Positions 40,604 through 58,823 of a DNA stretch of 64,000 nucleotides are shown here, piece by piece. This DNA comes from Adineta vaga. Its lineage: Eukaryota > Animalia > Rotifera. The notes under the pieces were generated by a model that searched no databases, was not told the DNA's origin, and was given only the letters and a program-made list of their open reading frames with translations. The translations under genes and the position numbers were made by a program. The number at the start of each line of letters is the position of its first letter. Positions within the stretch are counted from its first letter, which is position 1. The stretch is taken from positions 12,152,001 through 12,216,000 of the forward strand of contig CP075494.1 in assembly GCA_021613535.1 (NCBI GenBank), written 5' to 3'.

Positions 40604-41561
40604 TTAAGCATTTGGTGCAAGAAGACGACGAACAACTGGATCATTTTTACATCTAATTAGAAAGAAAAAGCATTGAAAAACAAATTTTCTCTTTTCTTTT
40701 ACCCAGCAATGAATTCTTGTTTGTTTAATTTCTTATCACCACCAACATCAAGTTTAGCAATAATTTCAGCAGCACGTTTCTTTGGTTCATTATCGCCTTT
40801 ACGATTTGTTTCACCAACAAGATCATACTAAAAACGAATAACAATGTTCAAGATTCACATGATAAAAATGAATCATTTACCATAGCTGAAATCAATGCAG
40901 TTAATTCCTTTTGATCAATTTGTCCATCGCCAGAAATATCATACCTATTCGAAAATCAAATCAATATATATCAATGAAAATCTTTTCTAGATTTACATAT
41001 CAAAAGCGAGTTCAAGTCGATCATTTAAATCTCCTTGACTTGTAGCTGCAATAGCTAAAAGAAATTCATCAAAATCAATTGTACCATCATTATTCGCATC
41101 GAATGTAGCAAATGCATATCTAAAATTTGTCGAAAAATAAATAAATGAACAATAATAAACAAAGAAAAATAATCATTTACTTGCAAAATGAATCAGCTTT
41201 GCCATTGGGATAAAATTGTTTATAAACTTCAACGAATTTCTTCTTATCTAATTTACCAGTAGGACAATCACGAAGAAAACCCTAAGAAAACGAAAATTTG
41301 TGAACTGATCAATCATCTATTGTAAAAACACATACAGCATGCCATTCACAAATTTCTACAAGATAGAATAGATAAGAAAGATGATTTCAAAAGAAATATG
41401 CTACCTTTTTCAGAATATTTTGTATTTGCTTTGAGCATAGCAATTTCTATAGATAAGAAAAAGTAGTCCCTTGAGACGATGTATAAAATTCAAATTTTAT
41501 AGAAACCTCTTGCTGTAAGTTCCGTTGAAACTTTGCCTTTTTTACCAGCTTTGTTACCCAT
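40604..41561 (-). CDS. Neuronal calcium sensor family EF-hand protein (NCS-1/neurocalcin-like), 8 small exons, missed by the ORF track
   Basis: MGNKAGKK (myristoylation Gly2), GFLRDCPTGKL, YKQFYPNG, EF loops DANNDGTIDFDE, DISGDGQIDQKE and DVGGDKKLNKQE; ends CKNDPVVRRLLAPNA*. Confidence 0.93.
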
Positions 41562-42561
41562 TGTAAATAAATTTGAAAATTTACGAGAAGACAAAAACGA
41601 TTTAAAGTATCGAATAGTACGAAACTCGCTGTTGAAGTTACGAATATTTATACCTAGACGAAAAACAAAATGAGAGAGTAAATAAGAGAAAACCGAAAAA
41701 AAAAGAAGAAAGAAAGTAATGAAAACATTTGTTACGTGTCACTATGCGATGACAAAAAGAAAAAGAAACTTGAAGAATTTAAACAAATATGTGTCCAAAA
41801 ATATTTCAAGATAGGAATTCAGTTGAAACAGTTATTTTCTTTTAAACCAGCAAAAAAGTATCGAATATACGAATTCATCTTACTACAAATTTTCCTTTTA
41901 GAAATGAAAACACTTCGAATACCAATCATTTTGACTCATGATAATGATTGTTTCACTGTTCTTGTAGTTCTTTATCAATGGTGGAATATATGTGCTCTGA
42001 TTGTCTTATTATTGAATGAAACGTACATTTGAGAAGGAAAAAAAAACACCCATCTATAAAAAGAATTTCGTTTTTATTCATGATGGCTAATAAACACGAA
42101 CAAACATCAAGTATGTTTATTTAAACTGTCAAGAGAAAAACAACGATTATTCATATGAAATCATTCACGTATGGGAAACTTTTCTCTTTTGATACCAAGG
42201 TTTATTTTGATGAAATCCTGATAAGGCGAGATTTACTTTCTCTCGTGTGGAGAGAAAAAGGTTGATAAAAGTAAGTATCAACAAGAAAAATATAATATAT
42301 ATCCACAATCGAGAATTAATTTATGAAACAAATCAACCATTTTACATTAAGTTGATAAAAGCACTAATTAACTAATAGAACCATAAGCCATACAAATTTC
42401 TATGAAAAATTCGAATTTAATATGAATTCATAGGATACAATATCGATTTGATTACTCTTCTATAGAATTTATTATTATTATTATTATACATAGAAAGAAA
42501 AAGTTCCAATGCAGATTTGTATTCTTACTGAAATGACAATATAGGAAAACTTATCATCAAT

Positions 42562-47462
<4,901 letters not shown>

Positions 47463-47730
47463 CGACAATTCCAGACACGCGTACACATATATATAGACGC
47501 ATACGCTTGTTACGTGTTTCTTCCAACAACTTTGCCACTAATTCTAATTAGTTTCTATTAAACATGTGAAGGAATAGACTTATTTAAAAATGTTTATGAT
47601 AACACGTATATTAACTGTTAGAAAAAAAAAGAAAGAATTGAGTAAACTTGTCGACACAAGACAAGCAAATGAGCGACAATGATGATAACGAGAGAAGGCG
47701 ATCGACTTTCTCGTCTCCCTTCTTCCCTCC

Positions 47731-47787
47731 TTCTCTCTCTCTCTCTCTCTCTCTCTCTTCTTTCTTCTTTTATTCCCTCTCTCTCTC
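47731..47787. repeat. (CT)n/polypyrimidine microsatellite upstream of the mGluR-like gene
   Basis: Long TC dinucleotide runs visible directly. Confidence 0.85.
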
Positions 47788-50239
47788 TTTCATCTTCTTT
47801 TCGTCGCCCGTCATTGACAAGTTTTAACAATAATCACGCTCGCTTGGTCGCTCACGTATGCTTATAAAGAGAAAGGGAAATAACAGAAGAAGTAAGCAGT
47901 AACATATAAAAAAAAGAAAGAAAGGAAAGTGAAAAAAATCCGAAAGACTAACAAGAGCTTTTCTATTTCTAAATATATATATCTTCGTATCTCTCTACGA
48001 GCTGTTCCTGATAAGATATTCATCAGTGCAAGTAACTCACCCCTACTAATCATGCTCATTTTATCATCAGAGTTAATCCCCGACTTTTCTGTCATTATTT
48101 AGTTTAATGATCACATTGTCAAAGACAGATGCAATCTAACATCAAATTTGTTCTGTTTATTAATTATAAGACTTATGCTAATCAATTTCACGAATCTTCT
48201 TCTTTTTTTTCTACTTTAAGAAGAGTCGACTGAGAAGGAACAACTTCTTAATTTGACAAAAAAAAAGAAAAGAAGTCGAGTCTCCTTTGTTTAAAACTGA
48301 GGCATGTTATTTACTTTTTAAGATTACATTTATTATGAAAATGGAATATTAAATGCAAAGAACTGCACAAGAAGAGAGAACTCATCGTTTTTCTTATCGT
48401 ATGATACATCAAACAATATGTTCATATTAGTTTTGTTTGGAAAAATCTCTCTTCCTAAAGTAGAACTATTCAATGAACGGTAAAAGAAAATAGAATAATA
48501 TAATTAGATTGTTTTAGAAGAGCTCTTTTCCTTCTGGAGTATTACTCCAGATTATTGATTAAAATTTGTAATGTGGAAAAGAAAGAAAAGTCGAAGAAAT
48601 AGGTTTGCTATTATTTATTAGAAAATATACTATTCCGAAAGAATAAAACAAAAAAAAAAAGAAGAAAATTACGTTTTGTTTTCAGACTGTTCCTTTTCTC
48701 AAAAGGAAGTGTTTGCGTGCTCGTACACAATTCTTGTTTGATTAATAATAGAAGACAAAGACTTAACTTGTCTCAAAGATCTTTTTGATTACATTTATTT
48801 CAAGACGATTATTTTCCATATCAATTCAACATATTAATTAAATTTTCTCTATTACTATCAATAATAAAGAAAATTCGATTATGACAATCACTGGATCAAC
48901 TCATTTTTCATAGGTAAAAGTGACATATTCAATGAAATAACTCCAATGACAAATTCTTCTTTATCAGGCATAGAATTTCATTAAGAAAAGCAGAGAAAAT
49001 GAAGATCATCTTTGCAAAGTAAAAATCATACTTATTTATTTTGAAATGTTTTTTTTTATTCTCCTATAAGAGTGTGAATCATTATTTATTAATTTTGTTA
49101 AAGTATTTCCGAAAATGTCGATCAGTTTTTTTTATTCTAATAATTTTAGTTAAAAGCCCTTTAGGCTCTATAATAGTGAGACATTGATTACCGTTTAATA
49201 GAATCGCGAGAGATTTTTGCTGAACAATACATAAAATAGCTATCGATATTTCCGAACTTGTCAAAAACATCGAGAAAATAACTCGGAATTGCTATTGAAA
49301 GTCAAAATGAAATAAAGACAATAATATATAAACAAATAAATAAAGGCTAATTCAATATTCGCAAAAATTATTCTAATATGTACGAAACTACGTAAATCAA
49401 ATAGAATTTTAAAATTATGATTGAAATAAATAAAATTAATAATTCAAAACCTTCGTCACAATGTGTGTCTTGTAGCAATTAGAAAGAAAGAAAAAAACTT
49501 TCGTTGCGAGCAGGACGATCTTACCGAAATCAATAGGAGAGAAATGGTGTGCACTTTCGGATATTATCTGTGACAGAAAGACAACCATCCTTTCAGATCA
49601 ATAGAGCACATTCATCGATCAGAAGAATTATCCACTTGAATAAACATGATTTTCTTCTTTTTTTTTGTTTGTTAGGTCCTTCTCAATATCTGAGAATCTA
49701 TACGCTAATTATTACCTAGAAAATCTCTCGATTGTTACTGATTTGAATGAAACGTATGAGATATAGTCGATCGTTGTTGTTTAAAACTTATTTATGATAT
49801 GAATGAAAAATATAGTAATTCATATAGTTTTCGAGAATTATCATAAATTCTTTCTAGAATGAATCGCATTTAAGAACAAATTATTGTTGTTATCAAAACT
49901 AAATATCTTAACTAGTTGATTACCAGCAATGATGATTATAATCTCGGCAGAGACATTTTCTTTTGATACTATTAATAGTATATAACAACTCAGTTTTTTT
50001 TAGCAGTTTGAATATTTACGATCGAATGCATTAATACAAATACAAATAACAAAATTTTCAACAATTGAAGCGCCTATTGTAGTTAAGGACGCCAATATAC
50101 AAAGACATTCTCTTACCGAATGAATAGAATATTTGCACGTTGTAAAGAACAACTAATCGAAAATCAACGATAATAAATAATTGAAAAACGTTCGACGGAA
50201 ATAACCTACATTTTATACGACGATTCTTACGGTTGATAA

Positions 50240-50264
50240 TATATATATATATATATATATATAT
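50240..50264. repeat. (TA)n microsatellite
   Basis: About 12 TA units. Confidence 0.9.
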
Positions 50265-50486
50265 CGAAGTTTTAGATAAATTATTTCAGTAGAGATTTTA
50301 TATATCGATGCAGTGTTCGATACTTAACGAATAGCTGATAAGCAGAGTCAATACAGACATGTAATATCTACGTTCCTCTCTAATTATAAGAATAAGAAAT
50401 TACATATGAAAGTGAAATATCTGATGTCTTTAATACTTAATATACAAAATTCTAGTTAATTAACAATGTACAAAGAAAAGAGTATT

Positions 50487-50795
50487 TTATCGACGTTGAA
50501 CTGGATATGATGGTGGACTTCGACTTCGATCCCGACGATAACGATTATCATGAGAATAGTTGTTATATTGTCGTTGTTGATGATGATATCGATTGTGATT
50601 GTTCTGACGATATCGTTGATTTCGATAATTATTTCTATCATCATCCCAATCATCAAGTATAGGAGGTGTTTTTGAATGTGATTCAGCCATTTGAATATAT
50701 TCTTTATCTTCATCAGTATAACGTTTTGTAAATAGTTTATTCAACATAACCAATTCTTCAATTGTAGAAACTTTGTTACATTTATTTTCTTCCAT
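50487..50795 (-). CDS. RAMAC: RNMT-activating mini-protein (RAM/FAM103A1) homologue, 102 aa
   Basis: LFTKRYTDEDKEY...PPILDDW matches the RAM activation domain pattern (F..RFT..DKEY...PPIVEEW), followed by an N/R/Q/Y-rich tail. Confidence 0.85.
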   Translation of the reverse strand: MEENKCNKVSTIEELVMLNKLFTKRYTDEDKEYIQMAESHSKTPPILDDWDDDRNNYRNQRYRQNNHNRYHHQQRQYNNYSHDNRYRRDRSRSPPSYPVQRR

Positions 50796-50941
50796 AATTA
50801 TTATTATTATCTGAAAGATATGGATGGTAAGAAATGGCTATTTAACTCTTAAAATTTCAAAATATACGATCTTGACAGTATACATGACAACGATATCTTT
50901 CGTCAACAATACAACCTACCTTTTTCGTTTTTTCTTTTGCA

Positions 50942-51592
50942 ATGAAAAAATTTCAAACATCATTTGATAAAACAAAACGCGAGATGAATCGTAAAACTCA
51001 GTTAACATTAGGTCGTCATGAGGATCAAACATTTATTCCTTCCACTATACCAAGTACAAATGAAGATGTTCGACAATTAGAAGAAGAATTTCATAAAGTA
51101 TTATACAAGGATTATGCCTTAGAAACTGGTCTTTGTCCAAAACGTCGTCGTATCTATGATGATCTATTTAATGAATTAATTCGAATTACCAAAGTTCAAT
51201 GTATGGAACGTGGTCTTCTTCTCGAACGAGTTAAAAATGAATATACGCAATGGATGAACACGTATGAAGAATTATATCCAAGTAGTATTGCTTATGGTAT
51301 AAGACAATATCTATATCGAATGGAAGAAAAGAAGAAATTAGAAGCTGAAATCAATAATTTAGAAAGTCAATGTCAACAATTACGTGATGAACTTGAAAAA
51401 GAATCTGTCAAATTTCAAGAATTAAGTGAACAAGTCAATCATCCGAATAGAAATGAAAGTAATGAACAACGTGTTCTAAAGAGTAATGTTCGAACTTTAC
51501 AAACAACGAAGAAGAGAATTCGACAGAATTTGGAAAATACACTAAATCAATTATTAGCATCGCCTATTTTTCTTGGAGAATCGGATATTTAA
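50942..51592 (+). CDS. DNALI1: Axonemal dynein light intermediate chain (p28/DNALI1)-like, intronless and divergent
   Basis: ALETGLCPKRRRIYDDLFNELIR...CMERGLLLERVKNE...YEELYPSSIAYGIR matches the p28 core, followed by a coiled coil. Confidence 0.85.
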   Translation: MKKFQTSFDKTKREMNRKTQLTLGRHEDQTFIPSTIPSTNEDVRQLEEEFHKVLYKDYALETGLCPKRRRIYDDLFNELIRITKVQCMERGLLLERVKNEYTQWMNTYEELYPSSIAYGIRQYLYRMEEKKKLEAEINNLESQCQQLRDELEKESVKFQELSEQVNHPNRNESNEQRVLKSNVRTLQTTKKRIRQNLENTLNQLLASPIFLGESDI

Positions 51593-51698
51593 TAGAAAGA
51601 AAACAATATACGATACAAAAACAATGTTTGTTTTACTTTTATTTTTTAGTGGAACATAAACAAACAGATAAATGAATAGCATGAAAATCGAATGTTTT

Positions 51699-52238
51699 CT
51701 ATTGCATAAAGGGTATTGTCATTGGTGCTGGATTTTGCATGTAAGTAACGACAACTGCGGAGATTGAAAGCCTAAAGAAAGATTTCGATTAGCAATAGAT
51801 ATTAGAATCTCTACAACACAATAAACAAAGATTTGTTGATACATACATAAAACTACTAAGAACTTGTTTAGCATCATCAGTCGTTCGAGAATTGGCAAAA
51901 CCAACTAATGCTAAGAAAGAAACAAATAATTGATAATAGATAAATACTTTTGATTGAATAGTTTTACCAGCAAATATTGCTACCCATGCACACCATTTTA
52001 TCTAGAATTTATTCATAAAAACTTTCTTATTATCATATCAAATAACTTACTTTAAGCATTAATGAACACATAGAAAAGATCATACCCATTAAATTCATAT
52101 AATCAGGCAATGCATCATCTATTTGGGTAATTAATGCGGGTCGAAATCTTGCAAAACAAAAGTTTAAATGAAATTTCCGTAACTATCCAATGAAAAATAG
52201 TCCTACCTATGAACACGAGCTGGTCGACGATTATCCAT
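51699..52238 (-). CDS. WDR83OS: PAT complex subunit Asterix, 5 exons, missed by the ORF track
   Basis: [84 protein letters not shown]. Confidence 0.95.
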
Positions 52239-53351
52239 TGTTATAATAATAGAATCACAAAAAAGTTCAACGAAACGAAACGAACCGAACCGTACACGAA
52301 CATTGTTTACTTTTTTATTGGTGTATGACAATAAACTATCTCCTAATCATATCGATAGATGGTGCTTGATTATAGAACATCAAATAGATAATCCTTCATT
52401 CGGAAGCGATAGTGTAGTAGCGGATGAATGAGATTTGCAGAAGAAAAACTTCGTTTTGAATAGGATGATTGAGTTTTTGTAGTCTTTCTTTTCAATGCTG
52501 TTTTTTTGCACACAATGATACAATATTTTGATAAGATCTCGACAATTGAACATTTGTTTTGTTGATTATAATTTTCATGTGAAAAACAACTACTCTATCT
52601 ACTAAACGAATCCATCAGATGAACTTTGAAGAATTAAACGAGATACTATGTTCGCGTAGTACGTAGATAACATATCTCATCTGTGCTCAGTTTAATTAAA
52701 GAAATATGATTAATTAGTTTCTATAACCTTGAAAAGATAAAGAACCTGTTATTATTCGAAGAGAAAAGAGAAAGTCTCTACGACCTTAGTGTATGATTTT
52801 ACAGTTTTCCTTGTGGTAAAATCTTTTACGAGTAATTTATAAACCTTATCGAACGATAATTTCTAAAAATTTACCAAAAAATACAAATTTTCTATGTATA
52901 TTTCAAAGGTGACTTAATTATTAATCATATATTACACGATAGACATATTCTTCCAATCAAGGTTATCATTGCTTATCGAATAGAATAATGTGACTGGCGA
53001 AGGTTGTTTTTCCTCCGCTATGCGATAATAGCTCAAAATATTATTTTTTTTCACCTATCTAATACTTATCATAACACGTAGAAAAACAATTCTGAGTCTT
53101 TTTTTTCTCATTTAAGTATTGTCACTTCATACATTATATTTTGTTTTTGTTGATACACTACTCGGCATGCATGAATAATTACCCATATAGAAGCTGTCTG
53201 TGGTTTCTCCTTGGCCATTATTTTAGCATACTATTACATTGATTTTCATATTATTCTCTCGTTTTTTTTTCATCAATAAAACTGACAAGGCGTATACATA
53301 GTTACAATCGGACAGTGTATGAAATAAAGCTCTATTCTATTCGAATATCAT

Positions 53352-54343
53352 ATGGATTCTTCTAGTAGATGGAAAATTTTACTCATTGCTGGAATTGTTC
53401 TTTCATTAGTTGCTTTCATCCTCGGTAAGAATTTGAAAACAAATATTATTCAAAGTAATTCCTATGAATTGATTATATCTGATTAGGTTGGATCGGTTTT
53501 AGTGTACCTGATTGGCATACATTTAAACGTTTCAGTGGATCTATTACGGAATATTATGGTCTATGGGCATACTGTCAAGAACAAACACCTCTATATGATA
53601 CAGTTTGTCAACGATGGTCAACAGCTGAAAGTCAAGTATTCAATGGAACACGTCCGAATTTTATTAGTACTTCGCAAGGTCTAATAACGACAGGAATGAT
53701 CTTACTTTCATTAGGTCTTCTTGCAGCAATAGCTGCTGCATTGTTGCCTCTCTTGGCATTCTTAGCTGCCGTTCTAGCTTTAATGGCATTTATATTTCTT
53801 GTTATTGGTCTACCAATATTTGGACGACAATCGAATGACTATTCTAATGTACGAGGTGATTATTACTATAATAAACGTTATGGATTTTGGCTTATGGTAC
53901 CCACAATTGTTTTGGAATTTCTTGCAGCACTCCTATTTTTAGCTGCTGCTTTGTTATATAAAAAATCCGGTTACGGTAATTTAGGAAGTGGTGTTAGTAG
54001 CAAAGCCATAAATATGCGAAATCCAATAATGGGTGGTCAACAAATGCTTGGACCAGCGTACGGATTTAGACCACCTGTACCATTCGTTCCTCGAACAGAA
54101 CCAAGTTTACTTTCACAATATCTTACTCAACGTGTTACACAACCGTATGATCAACCTCCAGCTCTACTTCGAATTGCAAGTAGTTTACCGCAACCATCTA
54201 TTGTTCGTGCGACAGGTGTACCTATCGCACATAATCCAGCGCCTGCTTATTATCGAATTGGAGAACCTGTTGGACCGCCATTTAAACCAATTATAAATCT
54301 AACTGGAGAAACCATCGTTGGTCCTCTTTTACGTACTGCTTAA
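53352..54343 (+). CDS. Claudin/PMP22/EMP-superfamily tetraspan protein with long Pro-rich C-tail; intron 53425-53486
   Basis: TM1 ILLIAGIVLSLVAFIL, then the W-GLW-C-C signature (PDW...YYGLWAYC...TVC), three more TM segments and YGFWL before TM4. Confidence 0.85.
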
Positions 54344-56216
54344 GCTACTTTGTTTCTCATTTTCTTCTTTTTTTTTCTTCTCATAGAACTATATTAACTC
54401 AGGGATAGAGTAATGTTTACTATTCCACAAAATAAATTATCTATTTTGCTGTTTTGTATATATAAAACAATCAGAACATACTCATCAAATTCACTAACAT
54501 AAAAATGTTCAAATCCATTATTATTGAAAAATTCTTGTCGGAACATATAATTTTGTTCTATCTTAATAGATATTTATAGAAAGAAATCATATTAGTAATT
54601 ATTATGCATGTAATGTATCATCGACATTTGTCGTTTTTTTCTCAGTTTCCAAAAGAAAAAAAAACGGAGAGATCAAACAAAAATAAAATGAGCGTGTTAC
54701 TATAATTTAGTATTGTATTTACGTGTAGATATGCCTATCATCAAACAAAGGAAATAGATAGATGACACGAAGGCAGGTCTTTTCCTTGCGTGTATACATA
54801 AAATTTAAAGGTCATCACTCGTAAAATAGAAAGACAGAGAGAGAGAGAGAGAAAAGAAAGCAATGAGCAAAACTATGATTCCCTTTCTGATATCGTTGTA
54901 AATTTTTCTACCATCTTCTCAAATCCATGAGTAAAACTTTAATTGTACAATAAAGAAACATGTATTATCAATTCGGTTAAAACCTTGACTAGTAATAAAG
55001 AGTGAGTATTTTTCTTTTGATTATTGTCAATGTCATTTCTAATGTTCTTTTTCTTTCATCAAATACAATATCTAATTCAGATGGGTTTCAAGAGTCGATC
55101 GTTTTTCTTTTTATCACGTCTGGGAACTGTCATTGAACAAGACAAGTATATTGTTCGACTGAAAAAAATGTATTCTGATTAAACATTGTCTGTATTCATT
55201 ATCTATCACGAAAATTATCATGACTTTTTTTTTAAATTTAATTTACTTCATGTTCATCAAATTCTAGTCAGGTTCTTAGTTTTCTTACTAAATTTATTGT
55301 CTCTTCAAATACTCGAGTTAATTTATGACATTCACGCTCGGAATAGTTTCATTTATATCGATATGTGTGTATAAGAATTATACACTTGACACGTATCATT
55401 ATCGAGAAAGAAATCCGTATGTTAATCTTCAACTGTAAATATATATAATTAAGATATGGCAAGAATATTCATCATTTGTCATATTTTTTTTCTGTCTGTA
55501 AGCAGCATGAAATATATAATAATAAACAAACGTGATGGGCACTAATGGAGTATCTGAATATATATCTATCTCTCAATCCGTTTGTTCGACGAAATATGTT
55601 TAGTGATCAGTAAACTTTTCGTCTCAGTTACATGAAGTGTAATTTCATTTTTACATACACTATTTTTATTTTTGTTGATAGTACTAGAAAATTAGATTAC
55701 CGTCGAAATATCTATCTTCACACGCGCATATTCTTTCTTTTCATTCCATTCGTTTGTATTATTCATAGAAGTTCTTTTTTCTTATGAGGAGAATTGATCA
55801 TCCGACTGCTCCTTTCTTCTCTCTTTCTTTTTCCCTCTCTCTCTTCTCCTTCTCGCTCTTTCTTAATCTTGCGTTGTATCTATTAGAATAATGAAAGAGA
55901 GAAGAAAATAGAAGATAATTTGCCGATGTTTCAATACATGCCATCAGTAAATATTCTTGACACAAACGACACATCATCAAGAATTGACTAGATTGAACAA
56001 CAGCACGTTATCACGTTTTTTTTCGTCTTTATATTCCACCTTTCTTGTCCTATAAATAAAATAATTTCAAAGAAACAATTAGAAAATTCTTCGTACACAT
56101 GCAACAGTTAATAATCGTAAATAATGATATATTAATAGTATTAAAATGAGTTTCGTTGAATACTTGAACATATAGATTTGGATAGGATAGTTTACTTTGT
56201 ATTTTATACTTCTAGA

Positions 56217-58792
56217 ATGTTAATGACAACTGATCATTCAATTTCATCTGATCTTGACAATAAAACAAGAAATTTAGTACAATTAAATCATATAAATGTC
56301 AATTCGTCAGATTTATCACAAGAATTCGAACCGATATGGATAAGTTTATCATTAATTAGCAGTAAGTATAATGAATGATTTGATGTTTACATAACTATTA
56401 TTATAGTCAAAGAATATTTCAAGTTCATCAATGAAAGCATTTAAAATCAGAGGACAATTTTCGATAAAAATAGTAAATGTCTTTATAATAATAAGAATGT
56501 AAAAGGATTAGAAATGTCATACGTAAAGATCTTCAGAACCTAAAGGGCATGTCTACTTTTTGAAATAATCATAGTAATTGAGCAAAAGAAGAAGAAAGAT
56601 CGATGAGAACATAAATCTGGTCAATGAACTAATTATTTCATGTAGATAAATTCTAAATATAACTCATCAAAGATAACACTTAAAAAGTTGCGAACATTGC
56701 CGATGTTCTCTTTCATCGATACAATAGAATATGATTTGTTGTTTTCGTCATTTAAGAATTCCGATAATCTGTCGAGATTTAATCGAATCAAATAAATATG
56801 AGAAAACAAACTTCTTTTGTATATATATAGATATATTTCTTTTAGTTATCATATTCACTGTTGGTGGTAATAGTCTTGTTTGCATCGCTGTCATACGTGA
56901 AAAGCATTTACAAAATACAACTAATTATTTTTTAACGTCACTTGCAATAACAGATTGTCTTGTTGCATGTCTTGTTATGCCACTAGCTGTTGCTGTAGAA
57001 TTCATCGGCTATTTTCCATTCGATTCTTTTACATGTAATATTTGGTTGACGTTTGATGTTTGCTGTAGTACATCATCAATATGGCATATGAGGTAACATT
57101 CAAGGTTGATGTCTAAGTCATTTGTTATTGATATATTTATGTTTTACTTAGTGTTATGTCATTAAATCGTTATCAAACATTGAGATATCCATTAAAATAT
57201 GGACGAAATAAACGACGAAGTTTAGTTACCTATAAAATTATTATAATTTGGTTAATATCATTTGCAATATGTTTACCATTATTTATTCTTGGTTTAATTG
57301 ATACATCGAATGTCTATGATGAAAAATCACGTGCATGTTTTGCTGCTCATCGAACATTTAAAATCTATGGTTCAATTGTTGCTTTTTTCATTCCATTAAT
57401 TATTATGATGGTAACATATGCATTGACAATGACAGCTTTACAACAAGCTCATACAACAAAAAGAAAACGTACAAAACGACGAGAAAAGATTCGTGCTGTT
57501 GTTAATCTGGCTGCTATGGCTGTTAAATGGAAACGAGCTGTAAATACAGTTGAAATACCGGATGAAAAAGCATCATCAACAAAACCCGAACAGGAATCTT
57601 TAGCCGTAGAAAAAAAAACAACACCGACAAATCATCAACGGCAACGTTCATCATCATTACTAATGGCAACACAACCAACAAAATCGATTTTCATTTCAAA
57701 TCAACGTTTAAATGAATACCCACAACGAGCTCCATCTCTACGTTGTCATACACATAGAGAAAATCGTTTAGAATCATCTCAAGAAAAATCTCGTAAGACA
57801 AAAAAAAACATCGGAAATCTTTTAGCGCAATCACTCGAGTCTGCAGTTATTATTTTCATTTAGATATAAATAGATTCGATACGCATTAATCTATAAGATA
57901 AATGAAGTTTTTTCCTTCTCTATTATAGCTGACAAAACATCGAATCAACATTTATATTTAAGTACACCAAATAATTTTCAAGCACCAACAAGACGTTCAA
58001 ATTCATGTACACCATTGTTAGATGTTAAAAATGCTCGCAAAAATCGACGACGTAGTTCATCTGTACACACACTTCTACAAATTCGTCGTAATTCAGCAAA
58101 AATAAGTGAAGAATTAGCTAATTTATCTGCTCAATTATCTGCATCTGCATCTAATACTGGTCCCATGAGTAAACGAGCATCACTTTCCGTTCCTACGTCT
58201 TATGAACCAACTGAAAAAGACACACCGACAATAGCTCAATTACTTGCTGAAGTGAGTGTTAATCAACCGATTGTTATTCCAACATCTTTTTTGAGTGTTA
58301 ATCCTAAACGACGTAGACGATCGTAAGTAATAATCATTTTGCATTACTAACATTAACCAATATGATGTTTTTCTTCTAGAAATAGTGCTGATATTCGATT
58401 ACCAATGTTTGAATCTAGTGGTGAGAAAACATCTGCATCAAATTTACCTATTCCAAATCTTCTTATTACACATGAAAGTCCACAAAATAATCCATCAGAT
58501 GATAATCCTGAACATCGTTCAACTGTTGACATAACATGTCAACGTATTAAAGATTGGATAATAACAACAGCATCGTCAACTAATTTAAATCATATTGATC
58601 ATTCACATGTTCCATTACGTTGTGCATCCGCAGTGAATATAACTGAAAATACTCCAATATTAATTGGAAATAAACAATATTTTCCACCATTAACTCGTCT
58701 TAAAAGACACTTTCCTCGTATTGAACAGTTGTACGGACAAACATCAGCACCAAATACTACATTCCATCTACATCAACAGCAGCAGCAACAGC

Positions 58793-58823
<31 letters not shown>

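Noticed and set aside
47618-47867. ORFs with ER/SL dipeptide repeats
   Set aside because: Translations of a (CT)n microsatellite.
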